Made by a program: the position numbers and the translations under genes. Under the pieces are notes generated by a model, which did no database searches, was not told the DNA's origin, and saw nothing but the letters and a program-made list of their open reading frames with translations. From positions 196,300 to 260,299 of the forward strand of contig JBBAPM010000001.1 in the NCBI GenBank assembly GCA_040400835.1: DNA of 64,000 nucleotides, in the 5' to 3' direction. The stretch is from Steroidobacteraceae bacterium (GTDB lineage Bacteria > Pseudomonadota > Gammaproteobacteria > Steroidobacterales > Steroidobacteraceae). Shown in pieces: positions 1 to 8,421 of the stretch. Numbering within the stretch: the stretch's first letter is position 1; every line of letters begins with the position of its first letter.

Positions 1-447
1 CGGATGCCTCTGGGCGATGGCCAAGGACAGCGCACCCCCGAGCGAGTGCCCGACCAGCAGCGCCCGTTCCATGCCGAGCGCGTCCATGAGCGCCGCGACC
101 GCATCGGCCTGATCCTCGATCGCGGTCGCCCGGCCCGGGTCGCGGGTCGAGTAACCCGAGCCGGGGCGGTCTACGGCGATGACGCGGGTGTCGCGCGCGA
201 GGTCGTCGAGCAGCGCGTACCGGAAGTGGTGCAGCTGCGCCGCCAGTCCGTGGAGCATCAGCATCGGCGGACGCCCGTCACGGACCGTTCCGGCCTCGAC
301 CACATGCAGGCGCGCACCCGGCACCTCGACGAATCGCCCGACGGGCGGCACGGCGCTCTCGGCGCGGTTCGTGAGCCAGGCCGTGAACGCCGCCATCGCG
401 AGGATCGTGATCGCGACGACGACCAGCACCATCATGAGTGCGCTCAT
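1..447 (-). CDS. alpha/beta-fold hydrolase (esterase/lipase-like), N-terminal 149 codons; 3' end runs off the window
   Basis: My own reverse translation from the ATG at 447..445 gives MSALMMVLVVVAITILAMAAF (hydrophobic N-terminus) ...RLHVVEAG...MLMLHGLAAQ...VIAVDRPGSGYS...LLVGHSLGGALS, with the GxSxG nucleophile elbow. It is absent from the ORF track because the frame is open at the window edge. The start lies 3 nt after the SDR stop. Confidence 0.8.
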   Translation of the reverse strand, partial: MSALMMVLVVVAITILAMAAFTAWLTNRAESAVPPVGRFVEVPGARLHVVEAGTVRDGRPPMLMLHGLAAQLHHFRYALLDDLARDTRVIAVDRPGSGYSTRDPGRATAIEDQADAVAALMDALGMERALLVGHSLGGALSLAIAQRHP

Positions 448-450
448 GGC

Positions 451-1269
451 TCAATCACCCAGCAGTCCGCGCATCAGGCTGTAGTAGCGGATGGGCATCA
501 GGCGTTCGAACAGCGCGCCGGCCTTGGCGTCGTTGCCGACCAGGATGCGGGCCTTGCGGCGTTCGACGCCGGCGAGGATGGTCTCCGCGGCCTTCTCGGG
601 CGGCAGGCTGAGGAGCTTCGAGGAGCGCTTCATGTTGGCCGCGTGGTCCGTGGCGCTGACGCCGTGACCGACGCGCGCATCCACCGCGATGCGGGTCGCG
701 ATGCCGCCGGGGCAGACCACGCTGACGCCGACGCTCGAACCTTCGAGTTCCTGGCGCAGCACGTTGCTGAAACCGCGCACGGCGAACTTGCTCGAACAGT
801 ACGCGCTCTGGCCGGCCGCCGTCAGGATGCTGAAGATGCTCGCGATGTTGACGAGATGCGCGTCCGGACGCTCCTTCAGCAGCGGCAGGAAGGCGCGGGT
901 CATGCGTACCAAGCCGTGGAAGTTGATCGAGAACAGCCACTCGAAGTCCTGTTCGCTGACCTCGTCGAAGCGGCCGGCGAGCGCGACGCCCGCGTTGTTG
1001 AAGAGCAGGTCGACCGACGGGTGCGCTGCCATCACCGACTCCGGATACGCGGCGACCTGCGCCCGGTCGGCGACATCGAGCGCGTGGCACGAGATGCGCA
1101 GGCCGAGCGGCGCGAGCTCGGCGGCGAGCGGTTCCAGCGTCGCTGGTCGGATGTCGGACAGCGCGAGGTGGCAACCGCGCGCGGCGAGCCCGAGGGCGAG
1201 CGCGCGGCCGATGCCGCTGCCCGCGCCGGTGACGACGGCGGTCTTACCGCGCAAGGTCAGGCGGCTCAT
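451..1269 (-). CDS. short-chain dehydrogenase/reductase (SDR)
   Basis: ORF 451..1860 trimmed to the ATG at 1269..1267. MSRLTLRGKTAVVTGAGSGIGRA carries the TGxxxGxG Rossmann motif, followed by NNAG and the catalytic YCSSK (YxxxK). The start overlaps the BVMO stop (ATGA at 1266..1269). Confidence 0.9.
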   Translation of the reverse strand: MSRLTLRGKTAVVTGAGSGIGRALALGLAARGCHLALSDIRPATLEPLAAELAPLGLRISCHALDVADRAQVAAYPESVMAAHPSVDLLFNNAGVALAGRFDEVSEQDFEWLFSINFHGLVRMTRAFLPLLKERPDAHLVNIASIFSILTAAGQSAYCSSKFAVRGFSNVLRQELEGSSVGVSVVCPGGIATRIAVDARVGHGVSATDHAANMKRSSKLLSLPPEKAAETILAGVERRKARILVGNDAKAGALFERLMPIRYYSLMRGLLGD

Positions 1270-2774
1270 CGGGCGTCCCGACGACGGAAGTGGAGGGCGG
1301 AGTCTTCGAGTCGGCTGTATCGGGTCACGATGAGGTCCCTCAAGTAGTTCTGATGGACGCGCCAGGGGAATCGGTCGCCCTGTTTGGGCAGCACATCCAT
1401 GGCGCGCTGGACGTAGCCCGACGAGAAGTCGATGAGCGGCATCTCGCCGACCGCGGGGTCGCGCTCGGCGACGACGTAGTCGCTGCCGCGCGCCTGCAGT
1501 CCCCGCACGAGCCGCATCACGTACTGCGTGATCAGGTCGGCGCGCAGCGTCCAGGACGCGTTGGTGTAGCCGATGGTGAGCACGAGGTTCGGGATGCCGC
1601 TCAGCATCGCGCCGCGATAGACCATGGTGTCGGCGAGGCGGATCGGCCGGCCGTCGACGCTCACCCGCGCGCCGCCCAAGGGCATGACCTTGAGGCCGGT
1701 CGCCGTGACGACGATGTCGGCGGGCAGGGTGACACCCGACTTGAGACGGATGCCCTCCGGTACGAAGCGCTCGATCTGGTCGGTGACGATGTCGACCTTG
1801 CCTTTGGAGATGGCCTTGAAGAGATCGCCGTCCGGGACGGCGCAGATGCGCTGGTCCCACGGGTCGTAGGACGGCTTGAAGTGGGCCTTGACGTCATAAC
1901 CGGCGGGCAGTTCGTCGCGGGCCATGGCGACGATGCGTTTCGCCACGCGCCGCGGTTGCCAGCGCGCGTACGAGAAGATGAGCACGCCGGCGAGGATGCA
2001 CTTCCATCGCACCAGCGGGTACACGATGCGGTCCGGCAGCCAGGGCGACAGGAAACGTGCGACAGGATCCTCGGCCGGTTGTGTGACGATGTAGGTCGGC
2101 GAGCGCTGCAGTTGCGTGACATGCGCGGCGCGCTCGGCCATCGCGGGCGCGAGCGTGACGGCGGTGGCGCCGCTGCCGATGACGACCACGCGCTTGCCGG
2201 AGTAGTCGAGGTCCTCGGGCCAGAACTGCGGATGCACGAAGCGCCCCGCGAAGTCCGCCTCGCCCGGGAAGGCCGGGCGATAGCCTTCCGCGTAGCTGTA
2301 GTACCCGGTGCACAGGTGCACGAACCGTGCGCGCAGCGTGTGCACGGCGCCCGTCGGCGTGCGGCTTTCGTCGCCGGGCGACGTCTCCTGCACGGTGACC
2401 GTCCAAAGAGCCTCGCCGCTCGACCACGCGAGGTCGGTGACTCGGCGGTTGAACTGGATCCGCGGCAGCACGCCGAACTCTTCTGCGGTCTCGCGGATAT
2501 ACCGCCGGATGGACGGTCCGTCCATCATCGAACGCAGACCGCGCCACGGGCGGATGCGGTAGCCCAGCGTGAACATGTCCGTGTCGGAGCGCACGCCGGG
2601 GTAGCGGAAGAGGTCCCAGGTCCCGCCGATCGAGGCGCGTGATTCGAGCACCGCGATGCGCTTGTCCGGGAAACGTTTGAGGAACTCGGCGGCGGCGCCG
2701 ATGCCGGCGAGGCCTGCGCCGACGACCAGCAGGTCCAAGGGTGGTGCGTCGGCGGTCAGGGGGGCATCGGTCAT
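1266..2774 (-). CDS. type I Baeyer-Villiger (flavin-containing) monooxygenase, EthA-like
   Basis: 502-aa ORF. It has the FAD GxGxxG site LLVVGAGLAGIG, a second dinucleotide site VVVIGSGATA, and an exact BVMO fingerprint FxGxxxHxxxWP = FAGRFVHPQFWP. Confidence 0.9.
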   Translation of the reverse strand: MTDAPLTADAPPLDLLVVGAGLAGIGAAAEFLKRFPDKRIAVLESRASIGGTWDLFRYPGVRSDTDMFTLGYRIRPWRGLRSMMDGPSIRRYIRETAEEFGVLPRIQFNRRVTDLAWSSGEALWTVTVQETSPGDESRTPTGAVHTLRARFVHLCTGYYSYAEGYRPAFPGEADFAGRFVHPQFWPEDLDYSGKRVVVIGSGATAVTLAPAMAERAAHVTQLQRSPTYIVTQPAEDPVARFLSPWLPDRIVYPLVRWKCILAGVLIFSYARWQPRRVAKRIVAMARDELPAGYDVKAHFKPSYDPWDQRICAVPDGDLFKAISKGKVDIVTDQIERFVPEGIRLKSGVTLPADIVVTATGLKVMPLGGARVSVDGRPIRLADTMVYRGAMLSGIPNLVLTIGYTNASWTLRADLITQYVMRLVRGLQARGSDYVVAERDPAVGEMPLIDFSSGYVQRAMDVLPKQGDRFPWRVHQNYLRDLIVTRYSRLEDSALHFRRRDAR

Positions 2775-2778
2775 CCGG

Positions 2779-4758
2779 CTACTCTACCTCGCGCCACGCG
2801 GCGACGCCCGCGGGCGGCAGCCCCTCGGCGCCGAGCAAGAACTCGCGTGCGGTGTCCGCGGGTAGGCGCCGCGGCTCGGCGGCGTAGTTGAACGCGAAAC
2901 GGAGGCCGCGATGGCGGCGCAGGCGCAGGCCCTCGGGCAGATCGACGGTGACGAGTCCGGCCTCGCCAGCGACGGCGGCCAGCAGCCGGGCGAGCGCGTC
3001 GCTCCCCAACGTCGCGGCGAGGTAGCGCAGCCGTCCGGATCGATAAAGCAGTCCTTGACCGTCCGCGAGCGTGGCTGCGGGCGTGAGCGCGGTCTCACAG
3101 TGCTCGAGCCAGTCGCGCGCGGGCGGCGCGGCGACGCCTGGGCGGAGCGATTCGACCCGCGTGACCTTGAGCGGGATCGCGCGCTGCAGGTCCCCGGGTG
3201 GCAGGTCCGGCGGGATCTGGAAGTGCAGCGTCTTGCTGCCCGTGCGCGGCCCGATCAGCACCTCGGCGCCGCAGGCGGCGAGCCGGTCGACGAAGCCACC
3301 GGGCAGGACGGGCAGGCAGGGCACGACGACGAGGCGGTAGCCTTCGAGCGCCGCATCGGGAGGCACGATGTCGATATCGAGGCCGAGCGCGCGCAGCGCC
3401 GAATACCACTCGAACGCCTGCCGCAGCGCGCTGAAGCCCACGCCCTGCGGTTGGATATCGGTGACCCATACCGACGTGTAGTCGAAGACCAGCGCGACGC
3501 TCGCACTCGCTGCGGGCCGGGGAGTCGTGTGCGGCTCGGCGTCGTGCTGCGCGGTCGGCAGCTCCGCCGGCAGCGCGGCGGTGAGCGTCGCGATGTCGGC
3601 GGCGGCGGCCCGCGCTTCGTGCGCACCGATGTCGTCCACGCGGTCGGGGCGCAGCAAGCCCGCGTGCATCTGCTCCTGCGCGAAGGGCGCCTGCCGCCAA
3701 CGGAAATAGGCGACGAACTCCGCGCCGTGCGCCATCGCCTCGAGCGTCCACAACCGCACCATGCCGGGCAGCGGCGCGGGGTTCCGCGCGGCCCAGTTCA
3801 CCGGCCCCGGCTGCTGCTCCATCACCGCGAAGCGGCCACGGCCGCAGCCACGGTAGAGGTCATGGTGGAAGGCGGCGATGTCGGGGTGGCCCTGTCGCGC
3901 ATAGCGGAGCTTCTCGGCGTCGCTGAACCAGAACTGCTCGAGGAAGCCGAGCGGGTAGCTGTCCCAGGTGACGACATCGAGGTCGCACCCCAAGGCGTGG
4001 TGGTCGAAGGAGGTGACGAAGCCCATCGCGTTGTGCGTGATGTCGCGGCCGGGAGAGTGCGCGCGCAGGATGTCGACCTGCTCGCGGTTGAAGGACAGCA
4101 CCTGATCGGAGGAGAAGCGCTGGAAGTCGAGCGAGTGGGCGGGGTTGGGTTCGGTGACGGTGAGCGCAGTCGTATCTATCTCTTGGAACGAGCGGTATTC
4201 GGCGCTCCAGAACACCGTGCCCCACGCGTCGTTGAGCGCCGCGATGTCGCCGTAGCGCGCGGTGAGCCAAGCGCGGAACGCGTGCGCCGCCGCGGCGGAG
4301 TGGCTGACCACCGTGTCGTGGCAGCCGTATTCGTTGTCGGTCTGCCAGGCGACGACCGCCGGGTGGCGGCCGTAGCGCACGGCCACCGCCTCGGTGATGC
4401 GCCGCGACTCCGCGCGATAGCCCTGATGCGAGAAGCAGTAGTGGCGGCGCGACCCGAAACGGCGTGGCCGGCCTTGGGCGTCGACGGCGATCATGTCCGG
4501 CATCGCGTCCACCAGCCATTTGGGCGGCGTCGCGGTCGGCGTGCCGAGGATCACGCCGAGGCCGTGGCGGTGCAGCGTTTCGATGGCGCGGTCGAGCCAG
4601 CCCCACTCGAAGCGGTCCGGCGAGGGTTCGATGCGGCTCCAGGCGAACTCGCCGATGCGTACGCGCGTGAGCCCCATCGCCGCCATGCGCCGCGCGTCGT
4701 CCTCCCACCAGGCCTCAGGCCATTGTTCCGGGTAGTAGCAGACACCGAGACGCATCAT
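2779..4758 (-). CDS. GH42-family beta-galactosidase
   Basis: ORF 2779..5532 trimmed to the ATG at 4758. MMRLGVCYYPEQWPEAWWEDDARRMAAMGLTRVRIGEFAWSRIEP...ILGTPTATPPKWL...WQTDNEYG is a typical GH42 N-terminal TIM barrel. The product is about 659 aa. The start overlaps the GH36 stop (ATGA 4755..4758). Confidence 0.88.
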   Translation of the reverse strand: MMRLGVCYYPEQWPEAWWEDDARRMAAMGLTRVRIGEFAWSRIEPSPDRFEWGWLDRAIETLHRHGLGVILGTPTATPPKWLVDAMPDMIAVDAQGRPRRFGSRRHYCFSHQGYRAESRRITEAVAVRYGRHPAVVAWQTDNEYGCHDTVVSHSAAAAHAFRAWLTARYGDIAALNDAWGTVFWSAEYRSFQEIDTTALTVTEPNPAHSLDFQRFSSDQVLSFNREQVDILRAHSPGRDITHNAMGFVTSFDHHALGCDLDVVTWDSYPLGFLEQFWFSDAEKLRYARQGHPDIAAFHHDLYRGCGRGRFAVMEQQPGPVNWAARNPAPLPGMVRLWTLEAMAHGAEFVAYFRWRQAPFAQEQMHAGLLRPDRVDDIGAHEARAAAADIATLTAALPAELPTAQHDAEPHTTPRPAASASVALVFDYTSVWVTDIQPQGVGFSALRQAFEWYSALRALGLDIDIVPPDAALEGYRLVVVPCLPVLPGGFVDRLAACGAEVLIGPRTGSKTLHFQIPPDLPPGDLQRAIPLKVTRVESLRPGVAAPPARDWLEHCETALTPAATLADGQGLLYRSGRLRYLAATLGSDALARLLAAVAGEAGLVTVDLPEGLRLRRHRGLRFAFNYAAEPRRLPADTAREFLLGAEGLPPAGVAAWREVE

Positions 4759-6947
4759 GACGAACGCTCCAAGGCGACGAGCCACGCGGTCTGCGGCCAG
4801 GTGAGCGGCAGCGCGAGGCCATGGGTGGCGAGCGCCTCGGCGCTCAGGACGAGACCTTCGCGCCAACGCGCCGGCTCGGCGAGACGCTGTGCCGCGCGCA
4901 TCGGCCATGGATCGGGCAGCGTCACGCGCCAACGCGTACCGCGTGGCAGACCGGGCAGGCGGATGGGCGCCGCATCGTAGTCGGCGGTGTAGGTCGTCTG
5001 TGCGACGAGCGCGAGCGCGCGGTCGCCGTGGACCGCGAGCCAACCGGAGACGCCCGGCGTCGCGCAGTCGAGGGCGGTGAGGTCGCCCGTATGCAGCGTG
5101 CTGCGCCAATCTTTGTATAGCGCGATGTGGCGCGCGAGCAGCGCACGGTCGGCGGAGTCCATCGCCGCCGGGTCGGCCTCGACGCCCATGTGGCCGAACA
5201 GGGCGACCTTCGCGCGGAAGTCCATGTCGAGCCGGCGGCCGGTGATGGGGTTCGGGTCGGGTCCGACATGATGGCCGAGCGCGCAGAGCGGCAGGAACTG
5301 CAGGTAGCCGGCGTTGATGCGCAGCCGCTCCACGGCATCGTTGCCGTCGCTCGCCCAGAAGCGCGCACAGCGCTGCAGCATCGCGTAATCGACGCGGGCG
5401 CCGCCGCTCGCGCAGGCTTCGATCTCGACGTCGGGATGCGCGGCGCGCAGGCGGTCGAGCAGGGTGTAGAGCGCGACCGTCTGCGCATGCGCGCGCGCGG
5501 CGCGCGGGAACAGCGCGCGGTTGTGGTCCCACTTGAGGTAGGCGATGTCGTGGTCGCGGAGCAGCGCAGCCAGCATCGCGAAGAGATGGCCGATCACCTC
5601 GGGGCGGGTGAGGTCGAGCACGAGTTGCTGGCGCTGCGTGCCGCGGTCGCGACCGGATTCATGCAGGCACCAGTCCGGGTGGGCCCGGTAGAGGTCGCTG
5701 TCCGGGCTCACCATCTCCGGTTCCACCCAGAGGCCGAAGTCCATGCCGAGGCCGCGCACGGTGTCGATGAGCGGTGCGAGCCCCTGCGGGAAGCGCTCGG
5801 CGTCGGCCTGCCAGTCGCCGAGGCCGCGCGTGTCGTCGCGCCGGCCGTGGAACCAGCCGTCATCGAGCACGAAGCGTTCGATGCCGAGGGCGGCTGCGTC
5901 GTGCGCCAAGCGTTGCAGCGTCGCGAGGTCCTGCCGGAAGCCGACCGCCTCCCAGGTGTTGAGGTGCACGCGGCGCGGGCCCGCGGGCGTGCGCGGCAGG
6001 ACGGCGGTGCGCACATGGCGGTGCAGCGCATGCCGCAGCGCGGCGCGACCGCCGTCGCCGAGGCACAGCACCGCCTCCGGCGCCTCGAACGCGCCGCCCG
6101 GCGCGACGCGGACCTCGCCGGCGTCGAGCCGTGCCGACATCAGCAAGCGGGCGCCGTCGGCATCGCGTTCCAAGAGCACCTCGTGGTCGCCGCTCCAGGC
6201 GAGATGTGCGCCGAGGGCGAGTCCGTGGGTCTCGTCGGTCGAGGGCTCTTCGATGTGGAGCCAATGGCCGCCCGCGTGGCCCGGCCGGCCTTCGAAGGAC
6301 ATCGCCCCCTGGATGCCGTGCGCGATCGGGGAGCGGACCGCCTGCATCTCTGCGGCCCAGCGGCCGGTATAGCGCGTGACGTTCTGCGCCCACGCCGGCA
6401 GCGGCAGCGCGAGCGAGGCGAGCCGCAGCACGGCGATCTCCGCCGTGCCGTGGTTGTCGAGCCGGGTGCGACAGGTGACGACGCCGTGCGCATCGAGCGA
6501 CCACTCGATCGTGATCGACAGGGCGAGCCGTGTGTCCTCGAAGCGCAGCCGCCATCGCTGCGCGCCGAGCGGCGCCGCGACGGTCGCATCGGCCTCGACC
6601 AGCGCGAACTCGGCGGACAGCGGTCGGCCGTCGGTCTGCAGCAGCACGGCGGGTTGACCGCTGAAGCCGGTCCCCGACTGCGGCAGCAAGGTCGCGGGCG
6701 GCGGCGCATCGGGCTGGGATTCGTGCGGCGCACGGCGGACGACATCGCACAGCGCGAGCAGGTCTTCGTCGTCGGGCAGGCCGGGCCCCGCGTAGGCGAG
6801 CTCCGCCGCGCCGCGTCGCAGGTCGAGGACGAGGGTGCAGCGATCGCCCCGTAGGGCGAGCGAGCTCGGCAGTTTTGGCGCAGGGGTTCGGATGCCCCGT
6901 ATTATAGGCGGGCGCCGCGACCGCGGCGGAGGGGGGGAGACGGCCAT
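4755..6947 (-). CDS. GH36-family alpha-galactosidase (RafA/AgaA-like); 5' end uncertain
   Basis: Conserved GH36 core: HLNTWEAVGFRQDLATLQRLAHDAAALGIERFVLDDGWFHGRRDDTRGLGDWQAD...FGLWVEPEMVSPDSDLYRAHPDWCLH...YLKWDHNR...CASGGARVD. The end coordinate uses the first in-frame ATG (6947..6945). That ATG overlaps the divergent symporter ATG and lies upstream of a perfect minus-strand TATAAT, so the real start may be further downstream (see findings). Confidence 0.85.
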   Translation of the reverse strand: MAVSPPPPRSRRPPIIRGIRTPAPKLPSSLALRGDRCTLVLDLRRGAAELAYAGPGLPDDEDLLALCDVVRRAPHESQPDAPPPATLLPQSGTGFSGQPAVLLQTDGRPLSAEFALVEADATVAAPLGAQRWRLRFEDTRLALSITIEWSLDAHGVVTCRTRLDNHGTAEIAVLRLASLALPLPAWAQNVTRYTGRWAAEMQAVRSPIAHGIQGAMSFEGRPGHAGGHWLHIEEPSTDETHGLALGAHLAWSGDHEVLLERDADGARLLMSARLDAGEVRVAPGGAFEAPEAVLCLGDGGRAALRHALHRHVRTAVLPRTPAGPRRVHLNTWEAVGFRQDLATLQRLAHDAAALGIERFVLDDGWFHGRRDDTRGLGDWQADAERFPQGLAPLIDTVRGLGMDFGLWVEPEMVSPDSDLYRAHPDWCLHESGRDRGTQRQQLVLDLTRPEVIGHLFAMLAALLRDHDIAYLKWDHNRALFPRAARAHAQTVALYTLLDRLRAAHPDVEIEACASGGARVDYAMLQRCARFWASDGNDAVERLRINAGYLQFLPLCALGHHVGPDPNPITGRRLDMDFRAKVALFGHMGVEADPAAMDSADRALLARHIALYKDWRSTLHTGDLTALDCATPGVSGWLAVHGDRALALVAQTTYTADYDAAPIRLPGLPRGTRWRVTLPDPWPMRAAQRLAEPARWREGLVLSAEALATHGLALPLTWPQTAWLVALERSS
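6900..6906. promoter_or_regulatory. shared symmetric -10 element between the alpha-galactosidase string (minus) and the symporter-galT-galK operon (plus)
   Basis: This is the only AT-rich patch in the region. The plus strand reads TATTAT (6900..6905) and the minus strand reads a perfect TATAAT (6906..6901). The plus-strand TSS would leave a roughly 36 nt leader carrying the GGAGGGGGGGAGA SD. Confidence 0.4.
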
Positions 6948-8421
6948 GCCGACAGATCTGCCGAGCGTCGGCACCTTGCAGGTGCTGGTATGCATCGCGC
7001 TCACGGTGCTGGTGGGCGTCGTGACCTGGCTCAAGGTGCGCGGCACCGGCGCACGTCGCGGTGGCACGGGCAAGGACGTCTTTTTGGCGGGCGGCGGCCT
7101 CACCTGGCCGTTCGTGGCGGGCTCCATCACGCTCACCAACCTCTCCACCGACCAGCTCGTCGGCATGAACGGCAACCAGATGCTGCTGCTCGCGTGGTGG
7201 GAGATCGCCGGATTCTTCGGGCTGCTGATCCTCGCGTTCGTGTTCGTGCCGGTCTACTACCGCAACAACTGCACCACCGTCACGGAGCTCCTCGAGCGGC
7301 GGTACGGCGGACGCAGCATCCGCACCCTGATCTCGGGGCTGTTCCTGTTCGGCAACGTCGTCATCTATCTTCCCGCGGCGCTCTACAGCGGGAGCCTCTT
7401 CATGCGCTCGCTGTTCGGCACCGATCTGCCGCTGCTCCTCTTCGCGACGTTGCTCGCGGTGGTGAGCGCGGCCTACACCATCTTCGGCGGTCTGCGGGCG
7501 GTCGCCGTGATGGATACCTTCTCCGGCATCGGCGTGCTGGGCCTCGCGCTCGTCATCGTGTTCCTCGCGCTCGCCGCCGTCGATTTCGACATCGTCACCG
7601 GCGTCCCCGCGGAGCGCCTCACCATGATCGGTGGCGACGATTCGCCCATCCCTTGGCACACGCTGCTCACGGGCATGCTCTTCATCCAGATCTTCTACTG
7701 GTCGACCAACCAGAACATCACCCAGAAGGCGATGGCCGCACCCACGGTGCGCGAGGCGCAGAAGGGCGTGCTGGCGGCGGCGGTGATCCGCATCCTCGTC
7801 ATCCCGCCGATCGTCGTGATCCCGGGCGTGGTGGCCTACAAGCTCTTCGGCGACGTGGGCGATGCCGCCTACGGCAGGCTCGTGGCCGAGGTGCTGCCCG
7901 GCTGGCTGGCCGGCGCCTTCGCGGCCATGGTGGCCGCGGCCGTGATCACCACGTTCAGCGCCGTGCTCAACAGCACCGTCGCGCTGTACTCGGTCGACTT
8001 CCACGACCGCTTCGTCGGCAAGGTGTCGGACCATTGGCGCTTGGGCGCGGTGGTCTCGGTGGTCGTGACCATCGTCGCGGTGCTGCTGGTGCCGGTGTTC
8101 CAGGACGCCGACAGCATCATCAACCTGCTGCAACAGCTGAACGGTCTCTTCTCGATGCCCATCCTGTCGGCGTTCATCGTCGGCCTGCTGTTCCGCCATG
8201 TGGCGGCGCCGGCGGCCATCTTCGGCGTGCTGTGGGGCTTCGGCGTATACGCGGCCTACACCTTCCTCTGGCAGCCGCAGGGCCTCATCACGCTGCACTA
8301 CATCCACTTCATGGTGGTCGTGCTCGCCTCTTCGGTGGTCGCCGCGCTCATCTGCAACCGGCTGCTCGGCCACCGCGAACGCTGGATCGGCTTCGTCGAC
8401 ATCCGGGAGAACGCCGGGTGA
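6946..8421 (+). CDS. sodium:solute symporter (SSS/SGLT family), probable galactose/galactoside uptake
   Basis: ORF 6835..8421 trimmed to the ATG at 6946, which is preceded by the strong SD GGAGGGGGGGAGA with 5 nt spacing. Multi-TM protein with SSS-type motifs FLAGGGLTWPFVAGSITLTNLSTDQLVGMNG and YWSTNQNITQKAMAA. Function is inferred from coupling to galT and galK. Confidence 0.85.
   Translation: MPTDLPSVGTLQVLVCIALTVLVGVVTWLKVRGTGARRGGTGKDVFLAGGGLTWPFVAGSITLTNLSTDQLVGMNGNQMLLLAWWEIAGFFGLLILAFVFVPVYYRNNCTTVTELLERRYGGRSIRTLISGLFLFGNVVIYLPAALYSGSLFMRSLFGTDLPLLLFATLLAVVSAAYTIFGGLRAVAVMDTFSGIGVLGLALVIVFLALAAVDFDIVTGVPAERLTMIGGDDSPIPWHTLLTGMLFIQIFYWSTNQNITQKAMAAPTVREAQKGVLAAAVIRILVIPPIVVIPGVVAYKLFGDVGDAAYGRLVAEVLPGWLAGAFAAMVAAAVITTFSAVLNSTVALYSVDFHDRFVGKVSDHWRLGAVVSVVVTIVAVLLVPVFQDADSIINLLQQLNGLFSMPILSAFIVGLLFRHVAAPAAIFGVLWGFGVYAAYTFLWQPQGLITLHYIHFMVVVLASSVVAALICNRLLGHRERWIGFVDIRENAG

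Noticed and set aside
4-1347. 447-aa plus-strand ORF at the left edge of the window
   Set aside because: The product is Arg/Ala/Asp/Gly-rich with no recognisable motifs. It lies antisense to two well-supported genes (an alpha/beta hydrolase with HSLGG and an SDR with TGxxxGxG/YxxxK). It is a typical GC-rich shadow frame.
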